Shown one piece after another: positions 33,984-44,750 of a DNA stretch of 64,000 nt. The notes beneath the pieces were generated by a model that was not told the DNA's origin, ran no database searches, and worked only from the letters and a program-made list of their open reading frames with translations. The DNA comes from a virus. The stretch covers positions 64,001 to 128,000 of the IMG/VR virus record IMGVR_UViG_3300028783_000001, one strand, 5' to 3'. Both the position numbers and the translations under genes were made by a program. How positions within the stretch are numbered: the stretch's first letter is position 1; every line of letters starts with the position of its first letter.

Positions 33984-36422
33984 TCAGATGTTAATCTGTC
34001 CACCTTCGACGCCTACATAACTAGAACCGGCTTGCAGGGCGACAAACACTGTCTGAACCTGTTCGAGAATTACTCTACCACGCCCAGGAGCACCGCTGTT
34101 AGGGCCAGCCAATGCCATATAAGGTAACCAGTTACTATTTGGCGACAACGAACAGACCGCCGCCGAACCAGAGAAAGTGTAGAGGTAGAAGTCTACAGCG
34201 ACAGACTTAACTGGGACGACGCCAGCAAGAGAGACGGTTGCTGGTAACCAAGCGTTCCAGTTTGACTCAGAGCCAATCGGACCAGATGCCACGACGGGAA
34301 ACGCAATCGTGTTTCCAGACGATTGTAAGAAATGCTGCCACTGATCGTTGACCTGCCTAATATTGTAGAGATTCTTAGACGAGTCGGTACGCCGCCAGCC
34401 ACAGCGCATATAAATGCTGTAGCCGCTCGGCACGGTCGGTGCGTTACCCTCGATTGTCAACCACGCGGTCTGCATCGATGTCGCCGAATTATATCCGACA
34501 TAAATATCATATGTGGCTGATGCTGATATAGTTCCAGTATCAATTCCACCAGCACCAACTGACGCGGTATTGATCGTTGCTGAAAATCCAGTGACCCCCA
34601 TGATTGAATCAGCAGTTATGTTAATTACGCTATTTGGCACACCAGACGAATTAACAATGAGTAGGTTGCTATATCGTGAAGCAGCACCGAGTGGAAGGGT
34701 TGGTACGGCTTTTAGTGGATTACTAGGAAGCCCATTACCAGTTATAGTAGTTCCATCCGAAACAATAGCAGGTTTCCACTGCGCTAGCGACGCGGGTGTT
34801 ACCCATGGAAACAGAAAAGATGTCTGACTAACACCAAGATTGACCTCAGCATTGGTCGCAGCCCTACCGTCACCTAGAGCTATAGAGGTAGCGTTTGAAA
34901 TTCCATAATCGACGCCGTTAAAAGTTATTGGTGCTATTGCACCTGGGATAGCATTTGCGATAGGCAAGCCGCCGATTGCGGCAGCAATCATCGTTGCCAC
35001 ACCTGCTGGCGTCGCGGCCTTTACGTGCGTGTAAGGTGGTGTGAGATAATCAGCGTCGCCGGCCAGCTCAAACATATCAACGAGCAAGGTATTAGAGTTC
35101 ATTGCAGTACCAACAACCCAGCGCGTGGATGACCCGACCGGTGTAATTTTTCCGGCATTTGTTCCAGTGTTGGCAAAATAGAGCGAACCTGATGTAAGAG
35201 GTATCGGCCAAGCAGTTGTCGACGGAATAGTTAGGATTCCGAAAAAGACGACATGGGTCATCGTGCTGTCAAGCACGCCTGTAGGTCGATGAGCAAGGTA
35301 TGTGTTCTGGTCTGCTATGAGCATAGGATCAGCAGCACGCCATACACGCCCTACGCTCATATCGAGGTAGACGACGTCACCTGGAACCAAACCTGGTGCA
35401 ATTCCATCACTACCTATTAGCCAACCGATATTCTCTTGTGTATAGCCTACGTTGATATTGAGACCACCAGCCATTGATATGAATATATCAGTAGTATTAG
35501 TAGCGAATCCAGCAGGGTTACCATTGTTTACAGTGGTAAGATTTCCAACATTGGGTCCGGTACCTACATAATAAACAGTTCCTGGAACTAATGGTGTTGA
35601 CAGTCCGCATGCTGCAGCTGATACCATCCCAGACATAGTAATCTCGTATGGGCTAGTACGTACACCTATACCTTGTGTAAGCGTGGACCCGCCGTCTGCT
35701 GGAAAGAATGTATTGGTGTTAGTATTGAGATAGCATGCATAGCCGACTAGCGCAGTTGAATCAAACATATCTAGCTGACACGCAATAACGTTTATTCCCT
35801 GATTTGGCCATACGTGATGGGGTGCAAACATCCACGCACCATTGTTACGAACCGCAATGACAGGCTCGCCTATATGCGTGTGGTTGTCAACCAAGTAGGT
35901 GTTGAAGGGGGTAGTGCTTGCATTTGGTAAATCATTTTCAGTAGCAACTTCCGGTAAACTAGCAGAAAGGCTTTCGATAATCGTCAGGTTTATTAGTCCT
36001 GCTGCGTTTGCAAGGTGCATGACGATGTTATAAAATGTAGTATTACCCACGACGGTCGGTGGGTTTGATGCATACTTGGCTGACTGGCCAGGCAGTACAG
36101 TCTTGCAGAATAACGTCCCACCCTCAAGCACGATACCGATATTACCAACTTCGAAGTTTCCGATGCTAGGATCTAACCGAATACGCCAGATGATTGTATC
36201 CTGATCGACCTGACTATAGGTCATCATCGATGTATCGTTTGAATAAATGTAACCATCGACATCGGTATCCGTCTCTAATGCTACACTACCTTCAGCAGCA
36301 CTCTGGGTTCCTATACGGAACCCAGCAACATTTATCTGAGGTCCGGTAATTCCTGCCTCGATTGCCGCTGACATTCCTGCCAGGGTTATAACTCCTGATA
36401 CGGAGTAGGTAATGTTAGCCAT
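33984..36422 (-). CDS. tail fibre protein with N-terminal baseplate-attachment (DUF3751-like) domain
   Basis: GVITLAG...LDPSIGNFEVGNIGI...GTLF; C-terminal GGIDTGT...PTVPSGYS. Confidence 0.8.
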   Translation of the reverse strand: MANITYSVSGVITLAGMSAAIEAGITGPQINVAGFRIGTQSAAEGSVALETDTDVDGYIYSNDTSMMTYSQVDQDTIIWRIRLDPSIGNFEVGNIGIVLEGGTLFCKTVLPGQSAKYASNPPTVVGNTTFYNIVMHLANAAGLINLTIIESLSASLPEVATENDLPNASTTPFNTYLVDNHTHIGEPVIAVRNNGAWMFAPHHVWPNQGINVIACQLDMFDSTALVGYACYLNTNTNTFFPADGGSTLTQGIGVRTSPYEITMSGMVSAAACGLSTPLVPGTVYYVGTGPNVGNLTTVNNGNPAGFATNTTDIFISMAGGLNINVGYTQENIGWLIGSDGIAPGLVPGDVVYLDMSVGRVWRAADPMLIADQNTYLAHRPTGVLDSTMTHVVFFGILTIPSTTAWPIPLTSGSLYFANTGTNAGKITPVGSSTRWVVGTAMNSNTLLVDMFELAGDADYLTPPYTHVKAATPAGVATMIAAAIGGLPIANAIPGAIAPITFNGVDYGISNATSIALGDGRAATNAEVNLGVSQTSFLFPWVTPASLAQWKPAIVSDGTTITGNGLPSNPLKAVPTLPLGAASRYSNLLIVNSSGVPNSVINITADSIMGVTGFSATINTASVGAGGIDTGTISASATYDIYVGYNSATSMQTAWLTIEGNAPTVPSGYSIYMRCGWRRTDSSKNLYNIRQVNDQWQHFLQSSGNTIAFPVVASGPIGSESNWNAWLPATVSLAGVVPVKSVAVDFYLYTFSGSAAVCSLSPNSNWLPYMALAGPNSGAPGRGRVILEQVQTVFVALQAGSSYVGVEGGQINI

Positions 36423-36442
36423 AAGGATTTCCTCTACATATA

Positions 36443-37711
36443 CTAGGCTACTGGGCTAGAGCCAATTGGATTAGATGCCATCGTTCCACCAGAACTTACT
36501 GCAACAATGGAAACCGTACCGACAGAAGCTACGCAGGCTGCGCTACCAGCTGCGACGAAGAAAGATACGGAACTGTTCACAGATGCATTGATGTTGATAC
36601 CTTGGATTACATTAGATTTAAGGTTAGCACCAACTCCAACTACCGACGCTGCAGCTACACTAATTGTAGGTAGTATGAAATCTGAAGCATTAGGCGAACC
36701 TATTGTAGCCAGCGCTGATATCTGAACTATTCCGATTACAGGTCCAGCGGATAAAATAGCAGCCACAGTAGCTGCTGTAGCGTTTGGTATTCCAAATCCC
36801 CACGTAAAGGAAAGATAAGATGCTACGGTTGCTGTCGCATTGACGATATTTAATGCGGATGTTCCAGGAACGAATAATTCAGGCTCTCCTACAGTTGCCG
36901 TAGTAACTGCAGTTAGCGGGGATAATAAAAGTTCCCACGTAGTTGTGCCAACCAACGCCGTTACAGTAGTGGGTGCAATAGTTGTATAGGAAATTAATGG
37001 TAGTAAACCAATTGCTGCATTAACAGCGATAGATAGTGGGGAAGCATAATTTATAGTCGATAGCGGCTTTGCTAATGCAGATGAAAATACGGGCGGATTT
37101 ACATATATTGTGGTATTACCCCCACTTGATATGATGATAAGTTGCCCAGATATAATTGCAAATAGAGAGCCTAGTGTTGCAGTGGCAGTGGCTCCATGAG
37201 TGAGGTGTGCATTTCCCGAAATAAATTGTGAACAAAATCTTGCACTAGCATATGATAGCGCTGGAGGAGCTATTAGCTGCACATTCTTTTCATAGAGCGA
37301 GGCATCTAGTGCTGGGAATATTGGTGACTGTACTTGGTAGACCCTATCAAACGGTCCTAGCGGAACTGTGGTCCAGTATTGTATTAGGACAGGTGTGACA
37401 ACGATATAGTTTAAGATAGTGGTGGAGTATGGGGCTAATACAAACTGGTTAGCACCGATCAAATCCCATGACGTACCAAGGTTAACCTGATGGTTGCCTT
37501 CCTGGTCCTGTTGGAAGCGCATATAACCACGCTTACCAACAGTGGCTATGTTGGCTTGTGGGTTTGCAAGAGTAGTGGGCCCCGCCAATAATATGGGCCC
37601 CCAATTAAATCCATCTGATCTAAGATCTATGGTAATGGGTGACGATAGTGGAACAGACCACTCCACAATCTCATCTTCCCATGGATGGCCCAAATAAGGA
37701 TTAACAGCCAT
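36443..37711 (-). CDS. fibre-like protein with Ala/Thr repeats
   Basis: ITIDL...TTLANP...FQQD..G; repeats of the ATATVG type. Confidence 0.7.
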   Translation of the reverse strand: MAVNPYLGHPWEDEIVEWSVPLSSPITIDLRSDGFNWGPILLAGPTTLANPQANIATVGKRGYMRFQQDQEGNHQVNLGTSWDLIGANQFVLAPYSTTILNYIVVTPVLIQYWTTVPLGPFDRVYQVQSPIFPALDASLYEKNVQLIAPPALSYASARFCSQFISGNAHLTHGATATATLGSLFAIISGQLIIISSGGNTTIYVNPPVFSSALAKPLSTINYASPLSIAVNAAIGLLPLISYTTIAPTTVTALVGTTTWELLLSPLTAVTTATVGEPELFVPGTSALNIVNATATVASYLSFTWGFGIPNATAATVAAILSAGPVIGIVQISALATIGSPNASDFILPTISVAAASVVGVGANLKSNVIQGININASVNSSVSFFVAAGSAACVASVGTVSIVAVSSGGTMASNPIGSSPVA

Positions 37712-37716
37712 CGTGG

Positions 37717-38319
37717 CTAATCCACATGAACTGAGACGAAGGCAGATGATGATAACGCATATAATTGCACCCGCCCTTTAAATGTAGTTGACGTCCATAT
37801 AGTTCCTGAGCTCCCAGATCCAGAGCCAAATCCTAATGAAATTATTGAAGGATTTACCGGCGGTGCACCAGGCAGCGCAGTACCATCATCAAGTAGGGCG
37901 ATGACAAGCGCACCAGATGTGTTTTGGATCGTTATACTAGCACGAGACATATTCTTTGGAATAGTATTGAGCAGAAGGAAATTGCCGTATGGAGCGGACG
38001 AGTTGAATCCTGATCCGACGTTTGGAAGTGTCGGAGCATTTATACTAAAATCTACACCAACTGAGCTAGTGGGGAAATCATATATTGCAATAAGTACGTC
38101 AGCAGCGCTCTGCGATGACGTATCATACTGTAGCGTTACCAACGAGCCTGCTACACTAGAGGCACCTAGATTTGGTGTTACTGGATCGTAGATCATAGCA
38201 CGAGATGTAGCGTTTATGATTGCTAGGAGACGGTTAATTATAAAGTTGTCGACGCTCGCAAAACTTACAGCCCCTGTTGCCGGATTGAACGAGTTTGGAA
38301 TTACTATTTGTTTTGTCAT
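37717..38319 (-). CDS. hypothetical virion-associated protein
   Basis: FNPATGAVSF...LLAIINAT...LQYDTSS...D.LIAIYD. Confidence 0.65.
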   Translation of the reverse strand: MTKQIVIPNSFNPATGAVSFASVDNFIINRLLAIINATSRAMIYDPVTPNLGASSVAGSLVTLQYDTSSQSAADVLIAIYDFPTSSVGVDFSINAPTLPNVGSGFNSSAPYGNFLLLNTIPKNMSRASITIQNTSGALVIALLDDGTALPGAPPVNPSIISLGFGSGSGSSGTIWTSTTFKGRVQLYALSSSAFVSVHVD

Positions 38320-38324
38320 TGTTG

Positions 38325-38795
38325 TTATCCGTAGATCAAGGCACTAACTAGTGCGTTTACAGATGGAGCCACAGTAATGGTAAGTGGGTTTACAGTCGCT
38401 GAGATATCATCATACCCAATATCGATGTAGAATGTACGGATATTTCCTAATGTATTTGGTAGTGAATTTGCAATCTTAGATCCAGCACCAGGAAAAGATG
38501 CGAGAGCGATCAGATTTGAGTTTGAATCAAACAAACCAATCGTGCCAATCGTAAATGTACCAATCGTCGCATCCATCGGAAGCGCAAAGCGCAGCACGTT
38601 TGGACCGGGAGAGTAGATCAGTAACTGCGGCGTGGTCATCCGAAATACGTTTGTGGGGAGGCTCGTCTCGTCGCCGCTACACGCAAGGACCTGATCAGTA
38701 ATAATTGCCGTTGTAATATTCACAGTTGTACCAGCCGTCATTGCGGCAAGCAATACATTGCGTCCCGTCTTTGTTAATACAGCAGCCTGTGCCAT
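38325..38795 (-). CDS. DUF3751-like tail-collar/fibre attachment protein
   Basis: VLTKTGR...IGTFTIGTIGLFDSNSNLIA. Confidence 0.7.
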   Translation of the reverse strand: MAQAAVLTKTGRNVLLAAMTAGTTVNITTAIITDQVLACSGDETSLPTNVFRMTTPQLLIYSPGPNVLRFALPMDATIGTFTIGTIGLFDSNSNLIALASFPGAGSKIANSLPNTLGNIRTFYIDIGYDDISATVNPLTITVAPSVNALVSALIYG

Positions 38796-38818
38796 CTAGT
38801 GTCCTTTATATCTGAAAC

Positions 38819-38827
38819 AAAATTGGT
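38819..38827 (-). promoter_or_regulatory. ACCAATTTT candidate late promoter, copy 3
   Basis: intergenic, about 24 nt upstream of ATG 38795. Confidence 0.55.
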
Positions 38828-38834
38828 CGCGTAG

Positions 38835-40889
38835 CTACGCTGGTGGATTAAAGAGCCACGTCATCACAGCATCTGTCGGAAGTTCGGTATTCTGATTGAA
38901 TCCGTTTACGATGACGCGCTGCAACGTCCATTGACTAGTTACCGGTGCGTTATGAGGGTGTAAGATATTGCAGAAGGCGAAACCCGTGGGTATAGGCACC
39001 AAGAGGTCTTCATACCACCAATCAACATAGAGGCGTATTGTCTGAGTTGTTGAGTTTAATCTAAATCCAAAACACAGAGATGACGCTGCGTAGGCTATTA
39101 CTGGTGAAATAACTGTTGTAGTAACCCCAGAACCAACTACCTGGAAGCGAACAAGGTTGTCGCTGCTAATCCAGGCGATGATACGATCACCTAGCCGGTT
39201 ACGGAAGTCGAATAAAGTCTGATCTGATAATGACCACTCGGCAAACGATGGCATCGCTTGTATAAGCGCAAAACTAAATGGATAATTTAACTGAGTACCG
39301 TTACCAAGATCGAATGTGCTTTGGGCGTGAAGTATCGGAACGGTTGCTCCAGATAGAAAAGGTACGCTCGGAAATACAGAGTTTTCTACCTGTAAATTAT
39401 ACCACCATATAGTGTTGGTAGCGGTGCTGGTTCCGATCAGATCGTTGCCCCATGATGGGTAGATGGTAATATCACCACCAGTCATGACGGCCCAGATGGT
39501 TACAAATCCATCACCCATCATTTCAACGCCACACGCTACACCATTACTAGGATGAGCAACCCCAGAAACTAAATCGACGATTACCGAATCTACCCCCCGC
39601 TGTAGAGCAACATATTCTGACCCAGAACCAACCACGAGAGCTAGTGTCCAGGTAACCACATTTGTTCCAGTGATTACACCGGTCGTGTATATGGGTGCTT
39701 GATTAGTTGTGGTAAGAGTATACAAAAACTCTCCTGCCCACGAGGCCGCTCCAATTACTGTATTATTCGTCTTCGTCCATGATAGCGCTAGGGGATTGCT
39801 ACTGTTTGGCACATAGCCGTAGCGCGCAGGATTTATCAAGGCGCCATACTGACCTGGTAACCACCCAATGTAGTCTGAACAAGGCTCAGTAACAAAAGCG
39901 ACGTTGTTGTTTAGTGTGCTACCAACGATTGTCTGGTTTGATCCTACTGAAACCAACCCACCATCTGGTGCAGACACGAGCGGGCTCCAATCGACGTAGG
40001 GGCGTGCTGTAAATGCAAACTCCTCATCCACCTCACAACCAGCTACCATCATATTGACGGGCAACTCGCGCTGCGGGGCGTCGGGGAATAACAGTAACAC
40101 GTCCTCACTACGCTCGTATGGAAGCGGGCACAGCAGCAGCGTCATGACCTTGTCAGACGTCTGTATCGTGTCCTCGCTAGTCTCAAAGAACTGTAGGGAC
40201 ATGTAGAGTGGCCCTACGCGCAGCGTAACCTCTGTGGCGATCCACTCAAGCACGAGGTTGATTGGGGCCAGCTTGTAGAACACGTCGCGCAGTTCATTAA
40301 GGTCTACCGCCGCAACGTTTTTGGCAAACTCCTCGTAGAGCAGGCCGACGTGCGACGTGGGATAGTATGGACCAGGCGGCGAATCCCATAGCGACTTATT
40401 CTTGTTTGGAATCCAGTCCTGCGGATCAAACTCCTCATAGTCTTTTGTCCATAGTGGGATCATCTCCATCGGGACGCCGAGCGCGTAGCCGATGAAGCGC
40501 ACGAAGTCTTGAGGCCCATGGTTCTGCTCATAGAGCGAGATTGAGTAGAGTAGACGGTTGTAGTCGTCGTCAGTTAGATTTGTCGACCTCCAGTCGAGTC
40601 CCATCATCTTAAGTGTGATGACCTTCAAGACGGTGGAGATGTTTTCAGGTGAACGCGATAGCTCAAATGCGATTCGGTACTGCTCGAAGTAGTTGTAGAG
40701 GACTTGGCTTGTTACCGTAGCCATGTCATTCCAGGCCGGCCTGCTAGCCATGGATTCGGACAGCAGGTCGACTAGATTGAACCCCGCAGGGACGCCCTCT
40801 GGAACAACCACATCGATCCCATCGATAGGCAGCAACCCCTCCAAGTTTATGTCTGCACTAAATGGTGGATTAAAAGGGGAGCTGGTCAT
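38835..40889 (-). CDS. baseplate wedge protein (gpI/gp7-like) with C-terminal beta-rich domain
   Basis: KMMG...FIGYAL...LWTKDY...YYPTSHV...FYKLAPINLVL; GAGG RBS before ATG 40889. Confidence 0.7.
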   Translation of the reverse strand: MTSSPFNPPFSADINLEGLLPIDGIDVVVPEGVPAGFNLVDLLSESMASRPAWNDMATVTSQVLYNYFEQYRIAFELSRSPENISTVLKVITLKMMGLDWRSTNLTDDDYNRLLYSISLYEQNHGPQDFVRFIGYALGVPMEMIPLWTKDYEEFDPQDWIPNKNKSLWDSPPGPYYPTSHVGLLYEEFAKNVAAVDLNELRDVFYKLAPINLVLEWIATEVTLRVGPLYMSLQFFETSEDTIQTSDKVMTLLLCPLPYERSEDVLLLFPDAPQRELPVNMMVAGCEVDEEFAFTARPYVDWSPLVSAPDGGLVSVGSNQTIVGSTLNNNVAFVTEPCSDYIGWLPGQYGALINPARYGYVPNSSNPLALSWTKTNNTVIGAASWAGEFLYTLTTTNQAPIYTTGVITGTNVVTWTLALVVGSGSEYVALQRGVDSVIVDLVSGVAHPSNGVACGVEMMGDGFVTIWAVMTGGDITIYPSWGNDLIGTSTATNTIWWYNLQVENSVFPSVPFLSGATVPILHAQSTFDLGNGTQLNYPFSFALIQAMPSFAEWSLSDQTLFDFRNRLGDRIIAWISSDNLVRFQVVGSGVTTTVISPVIAYAASSLCFGFRLNSTTQTIRLYVDWWYEDLLVPIPTGFAFCNILHPHNAPVTSQWTLQRVIVNGFNQNTELPTDAVMTWLFNPPA

Positions 40890-40899
40890 GATGTTATCC

Positions 40900-42783
40900 T
40901 CACGCCTTAATGCTGCCACCTAGTGCGGCAAATTCGGCTTCCATTTTGGACCAGTTGAGACCATAAGTTTCCTCAGCTAGTCCGCTGGCAATGGCGTCTT
41001 TTGAGATGCACGTCCACAGCTCTCCACCTACGGAGTTTGCACAATACTCCTCGACGGCTGCCCACGTGATGGTGCCAATAATGCCCCACGTGTCGATGAT
41101 GATTCCGACGTCGTTGTATCCGAGCCCTACGAAGCAGTTATGAACAAATACTCCTGCTGATAAAGCGAAGTTGTGATGTCCTATTACAGTCATATCATAA
41201 ACATCTTGCTTACCTGCTGGTACTACTGATAAAACTTTATGGTTTCGATATTCTTTGGCCGCTCGTGCTAATTTAATGTTATTTCGTCTAGCTTTTCGTT
41301 GCTCTTCTGTTACAGGTAGTTTTGCAGCAGCTATTGATCCTTTTTTAGCGTTTGCTACTAGAGTTGCACGATATTCTGGATCAGAGTCAATCTTGCGTCT
41401 TAACCCATCTGCAGCTTTGTATTTATTCGCTTCTATAAAAGCTGGGTCCTTACATAGTTTGGCCAACTTCTTACCATTTTTTCGCTGCATCTTTTTCAAC
41501 TTGTCAGGATCCATTCCTGGGAAGCCACCACCATTTTCAATATTCCTCTTACCACGTGCGCTAGCGGTGGACCTCAGCCGGGCGGTTTGTACCGCGCGCC
41601 ACTCTGGATCAGCCCATAGATTCTTCATCAATTCGCTGCTCTTTTTTCTGCCTTTGTCGCTTTTGGCGTAAGACTTGAGAACTCCAGCTGTCTGCTGATG
41701 TAAAATAGAGTGCTCCTCACGAGACATGATTACTAGATTGCTGGGATCATTGTTGTTCTTGTCAAAATCCCAGTGGTGGATGTCCATACCCTTCGGAGGA
41801 TTATAGACTTTCTTGGCCACTCTAATGTAGGTCTTACCCCACTTACCGTTTGCCGGATTGTAGAACCTTTCATAACCTCTCTCATTGTACTCGCGATACA
41901 GCGGCATCAGACTAGTACCTGGTGTCATCTCAGAGGCTTTGATATAAGTCTTGTCGCGTAGCATGAACAAGTGATCTGGTGTACATTTAATCACCTCACC
42001 ATTGTCTAGCGTTACCTTTACGATATCAGCACGACTGCGCGTCTTTCTTACACTATGTGCTAGACCAGGTACCACGTTGCCTTTGTCGTCACAGCTATAT
42101 ACCCAGAATTTGTCACCATATTTTCCTGTTGCGAGTTCTTTGAACGACACCTCATTACCATTCAGTAGCGAGACCTTCGTATCTGATGTAAAACAGTGAC
42201 CGTTATTTTCGTCTGCATTGCCGGCTACGTCCCACGTAAACCCATCAGCTTCTGGGAATGGCTTGATCCACTCGTCTGGCATCTCAACACCAAAATAGAC
42301 GTTGCCGAATAGAGCGATTGCCTGCTTAATCTCCACGATATTTCTAGAGTTTACAGCCATAAACCCGGCGATCTTATGCGACGCATCCGCGAGCAAGCCA
42401 TTATTCTTCCAGAAGTTTAATACCTCCTGCTCATCCCCACCCTGATCGGTACTAGCGTCGCCAGGAACATAGCCAGTCGATGCAGAGTAGAATGGTATGT
42501 ACTGGGCGTCGGTCCAGAGGATTGTTCCGCCCGCATTCATGATCAGTGATCCAGCTATGTGAAATGCGCCGGCGGTGGTACAATCACTCAAAACGTCGTT
42601 GCCCAGCACCTGTGCGAGCATTGTCTTGCAACACTTCGTATAGTCTACAGCGGCCGGTGGTGGTGGCAAAATTTCAGCAGGCTCAGATAGGAAGTTGTAT
42701 AGGTGAAGGCGAGGCTTCTTGACCAATGGGCGAACGCGACCCATCTTGAAAGTTTGTCCTGTGGAATTTGTGATGATCTTCAT
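40900..42783 (-). CDS. papain-like cysteine peptidase interrupted by an intein
   Basis: GNDVLSDCTTAG (Cys), DQGG, GH|C-FVGLGY, DTWG. Confidence 0.75.
   Translation of the reverse strand: MKIITNSTGQTFKMGRVRPLVKKPRLHLYNFLSEPAEILPPPPAAVDYTKCCKTMLAQVLGNDVLSDCTTAGAFHIAGSLIMNAGGTILWTDAQYIPFYSASTGYVPGDASTDQGGDEQEVLNFWKNNGLLADASHKIAGFMAVNSRNIVEIKQAIALFGNVYFGVEMPDEWIKPFPEADGFTWDVAGNADENNGHCFTSDTKVSLLNGNEVSFKELATGKYGDKFWVYSCDDKGNVVPGLAHSVRKTRSRADIVKVTLDNGEVIKCTPDHLFMLRDKTYIKASEMTPGTSLMPLYREYNERGYERFYNPANGKWGKTYIRVAKKVYNPPKGMDIHHWDFDKNNNDPSNLVIMSREEHSILHQQTAGVLKSYAKSDKGRKKSSELMKNLWADPEWRAVQTARLRSTASARGKRNIENGGGFPGMDPDKLKKMQRKNGKKLAKLCKDPAFIEANKYKAADGLRRKIDSDPEYRATLVANAKKGSIAAAKLPVTEEQRKARRNNIKLARAAKEYRNHKVLSVVPAGKQDVYDMTVIGHHNFALSAGVFVHNCFVGLGYNDVGIIIDTWGIIGTITWAAVEEYCANSVGGELWTCISKDAIASGLAEETYGLNWSKMEAEFAALGGSIKA
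41137..42195 (-). mobile_element. 353-aa intein with HNH homing endonuclease
   Basis: block A CFTSDTKVSLLNG; block B KCTPDHLF; HHWDFDKNNNDPSNL...H; block F DVYDMTV; block G HNFALSAGVFVHN/C; AT-richer than flanks. Confidence 0.95.
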
Positions 42784-42793
42784 GGTGTGCTCC

Positions 42794-44314
42794 TTAGCTA
42801 CGTGGATTTGATGGGGAGATTATAGGTTGACCAACTATTACATCCAGCGACGCGGCGCTACTCTTCCTCGTAGTGTAGGCGGCGGTAATTGGGCATGAAT
42901 CTAGCACGAAGTATTGCGTGGGCGCGAGGGTGATTGCATCAGCGGGGCAGCTAACCGTATCGAGCAGCGGTCCCGTTTCATTTGGCGCTGCCTGGTAGGT
43001 GCATGCCTCCATCACAGCGACGATTATATCCGAGTATGCATAGCTACCGCCTAGCGACCCAGCCTGTACCGCGAAGAATGCCGTTACCGCTGCCTGCGTC
43101 AGACTGGTTACCGAGTTTAGGTCGGCAATGGACAGCGCAGCAATGGAGACCGGCAGGGTTATGTGCACCGGCGTCGGATCGAGCCTGACGAGCCAGAACC
43201 CAGCGCACGTGCGTTCCGACTCCATGAAGTTTTTGAAGTTTAGCCACTGCAAGGGAGACCACGGCGTAGTCGTTATCAGCGTAACGGTGAGCACGTTCAT
43301 CCACCGCAGATCGCTCGGGTTAATCTCTGCCTGTCCCTGAAACAGAGCGTCGACCACGCCGGGATACTGAAGGGCCTCGGCACGACAGTCATCGCGCGTC
43401 ACCGCACGCTGGTTGTTGGCTGCACCTCCTGGACCGATGGCCTTATAAAATGATGGCGGCGGAGCATCTTGGTTTGCCGTGGGAAATGATGAACTCGTTA
43501 CCGTCGCCACGACGGCATAGCCAGCTGCAGTGGCGGTGGAACCGACTGGGGGTGGCGTAGACGTCTTCTGCGCTGTATCAAGAACCGTATAACCAAACGT
43601 GAGCGTCCCTGCGGCTGGGAGCCCAGCATAGTTGCCGTCACCAAACTTACACTCCACTCGTCCGTCTGGAATTGTACTGGCAAAGAAGGTAGTGGATCCA
43701 GACGGCTCGCGCCAGAGCCCTGTAGTTATTGGGGTCCACGTTACTCCGCTGGAGTCGACCATCCACAAATCGTCGTTGCTTATGTTCCACAATCCAGATG
43801 ATCCGAGGATGAACGACTGGAATGCGGAGCCATCGCTAGTATGCGTCTCGGTGGTAACAAGCCCACGATTTAGCGTTGTGGATACCGCCGCGCCTGATGC
43901 CGATAGGGTAAACGCCACACGGTTTACAAATGGCTGACCGTTGATGTTCCACTGAGTGTAGGCGGGAATGGCGAGCGAATTTAGCGACGAGTCGGTTCGC
44001 GTTACCGATAGCTGAATCTGACCAGCCCGCGCGCGAATTGGGTTGATTCCCTGTAACCGTGCTGCACGAAGGATTGCACTGGGCGACCTCGCCGTGTCTG
44101 GGTAGTTTTCCTGCAGTGAACGTGCCAGCGCACCCTGGTTCATGGAACCTACGCTGGCAATCCATCGTATGATTGCTGACCCGGTTCCTGCGGGAGCGAG
44201 GTTCGTCCAGCTACCAGACGGTGCAGCGATTAGATCAGACTCTAATGCGGCTTGAATGCCGTAGTAGTCGGTTACGATTGGACTCAAGACTAGTGGTGGA
44301 GGTGTGCTTGCCAT
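42794..44314 (-). CDS. baseplate wedge protein (T4 gp6/P2 gpJ-like)
   Basis: DTARSPSAILRAA, VECKFGDGNYAGLP, RAVTRDD, YPGVVDA. Confidence 0.85.
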   Translation of the reverse strand: MASTPPPLVLSPIVTDYYGIQAALESDLIAAPSGSWTNLAPAGTGSAIIRWIASVGSMNQGALARSLQENYPDTARSPSAILRAARLQGINPIRARAGQIQLSVTRTDSSLNSLAIPAYTQWNINGQPFVNRVAFTLSASGAAVSTTLNRGLVTTETHTSDGSAFQSFILGSSGLWNISNDDLWMVDSSGVTWTPITTGLWREPSGSTTFFASTIPDGRVECKFGDGNYAGLPAAGTLTFGYTVLDTAQKTSTPPPVGSTATAAGYAVVATVTSSSFPTANQDAPPPSFYKAIGPGGAANNQRAVTRDDCRAEALQYPGVVDALFQGQAEINPSDLRWMNVLTVTLITTTPWSPLQWLNFKNFMESERTCAGFWLVRLDPTPVHITLPVSIAALSIADLNSVTSLTQAAVTAFFAVQAGSLGGSYAYSDIIVAVMEACTYQAAPNETGPLLDTVSCPADAITLAPTQYFVLDSCPITAAYTTRKSSAASLDVIVGQPIISPSNPRS

Positions 44315-44326
44315 GTGAGATACCTC

Positions 44327-44731
44327 TTATGAAAAATTGATCTCCACGGGAATCACGCGCCCGTTGATTATCACGCCAACAGAGATGCCTATTATGCGGT
44401 TAGCTGATGACACGAACACGTGGGAGTTTGGAAGAGACATCTGGAACTGTGGTATGTTGGCCTTAAACGCGTTGAACACGTCTAGGAGACATAGCTGCTC
44501 GACGGCCTCAGTGAATAGCGAAAATACATACTTCTGCAGGTTCGATCCATAGGTGGGGTTTCCAGGCTCATCCCCAATAAACGTTGTCAAAACATTATAG
44601 ACGTCACCGATGATAACCGCCTCAGCCTCTGATATGATTATGTCCGACGATCCAAACGAGTAGCTGTAGTTGATGTCGGTAAGTCGATTTAGTGACGGGA
44701 TTAGAGGTAGTGCGCCGAGGTCAGCTGCCAT
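44327..44731 (-). CDS. gp25/GPW-like baseplate sheath initiator
   Basis: NVLTTFIGDEPGNPTYGSNLQKYVF. Confidence 0.85.
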   Translation of the reverse strand: MAADLGALPLIPSLNRLTDINYSYSFGSSDIIISEAEAVIIGDVYNVLTTFIGDEPGNPTYGSNLQKYVFSLFTEAVEQLCLLDVFNAFKANIPQFQMSLPNSHVFVSSANRIIGISVGVIINGRVIPVEINFS

Positions 44732-44750
44732 GATAATCTCCTACGTTTTG

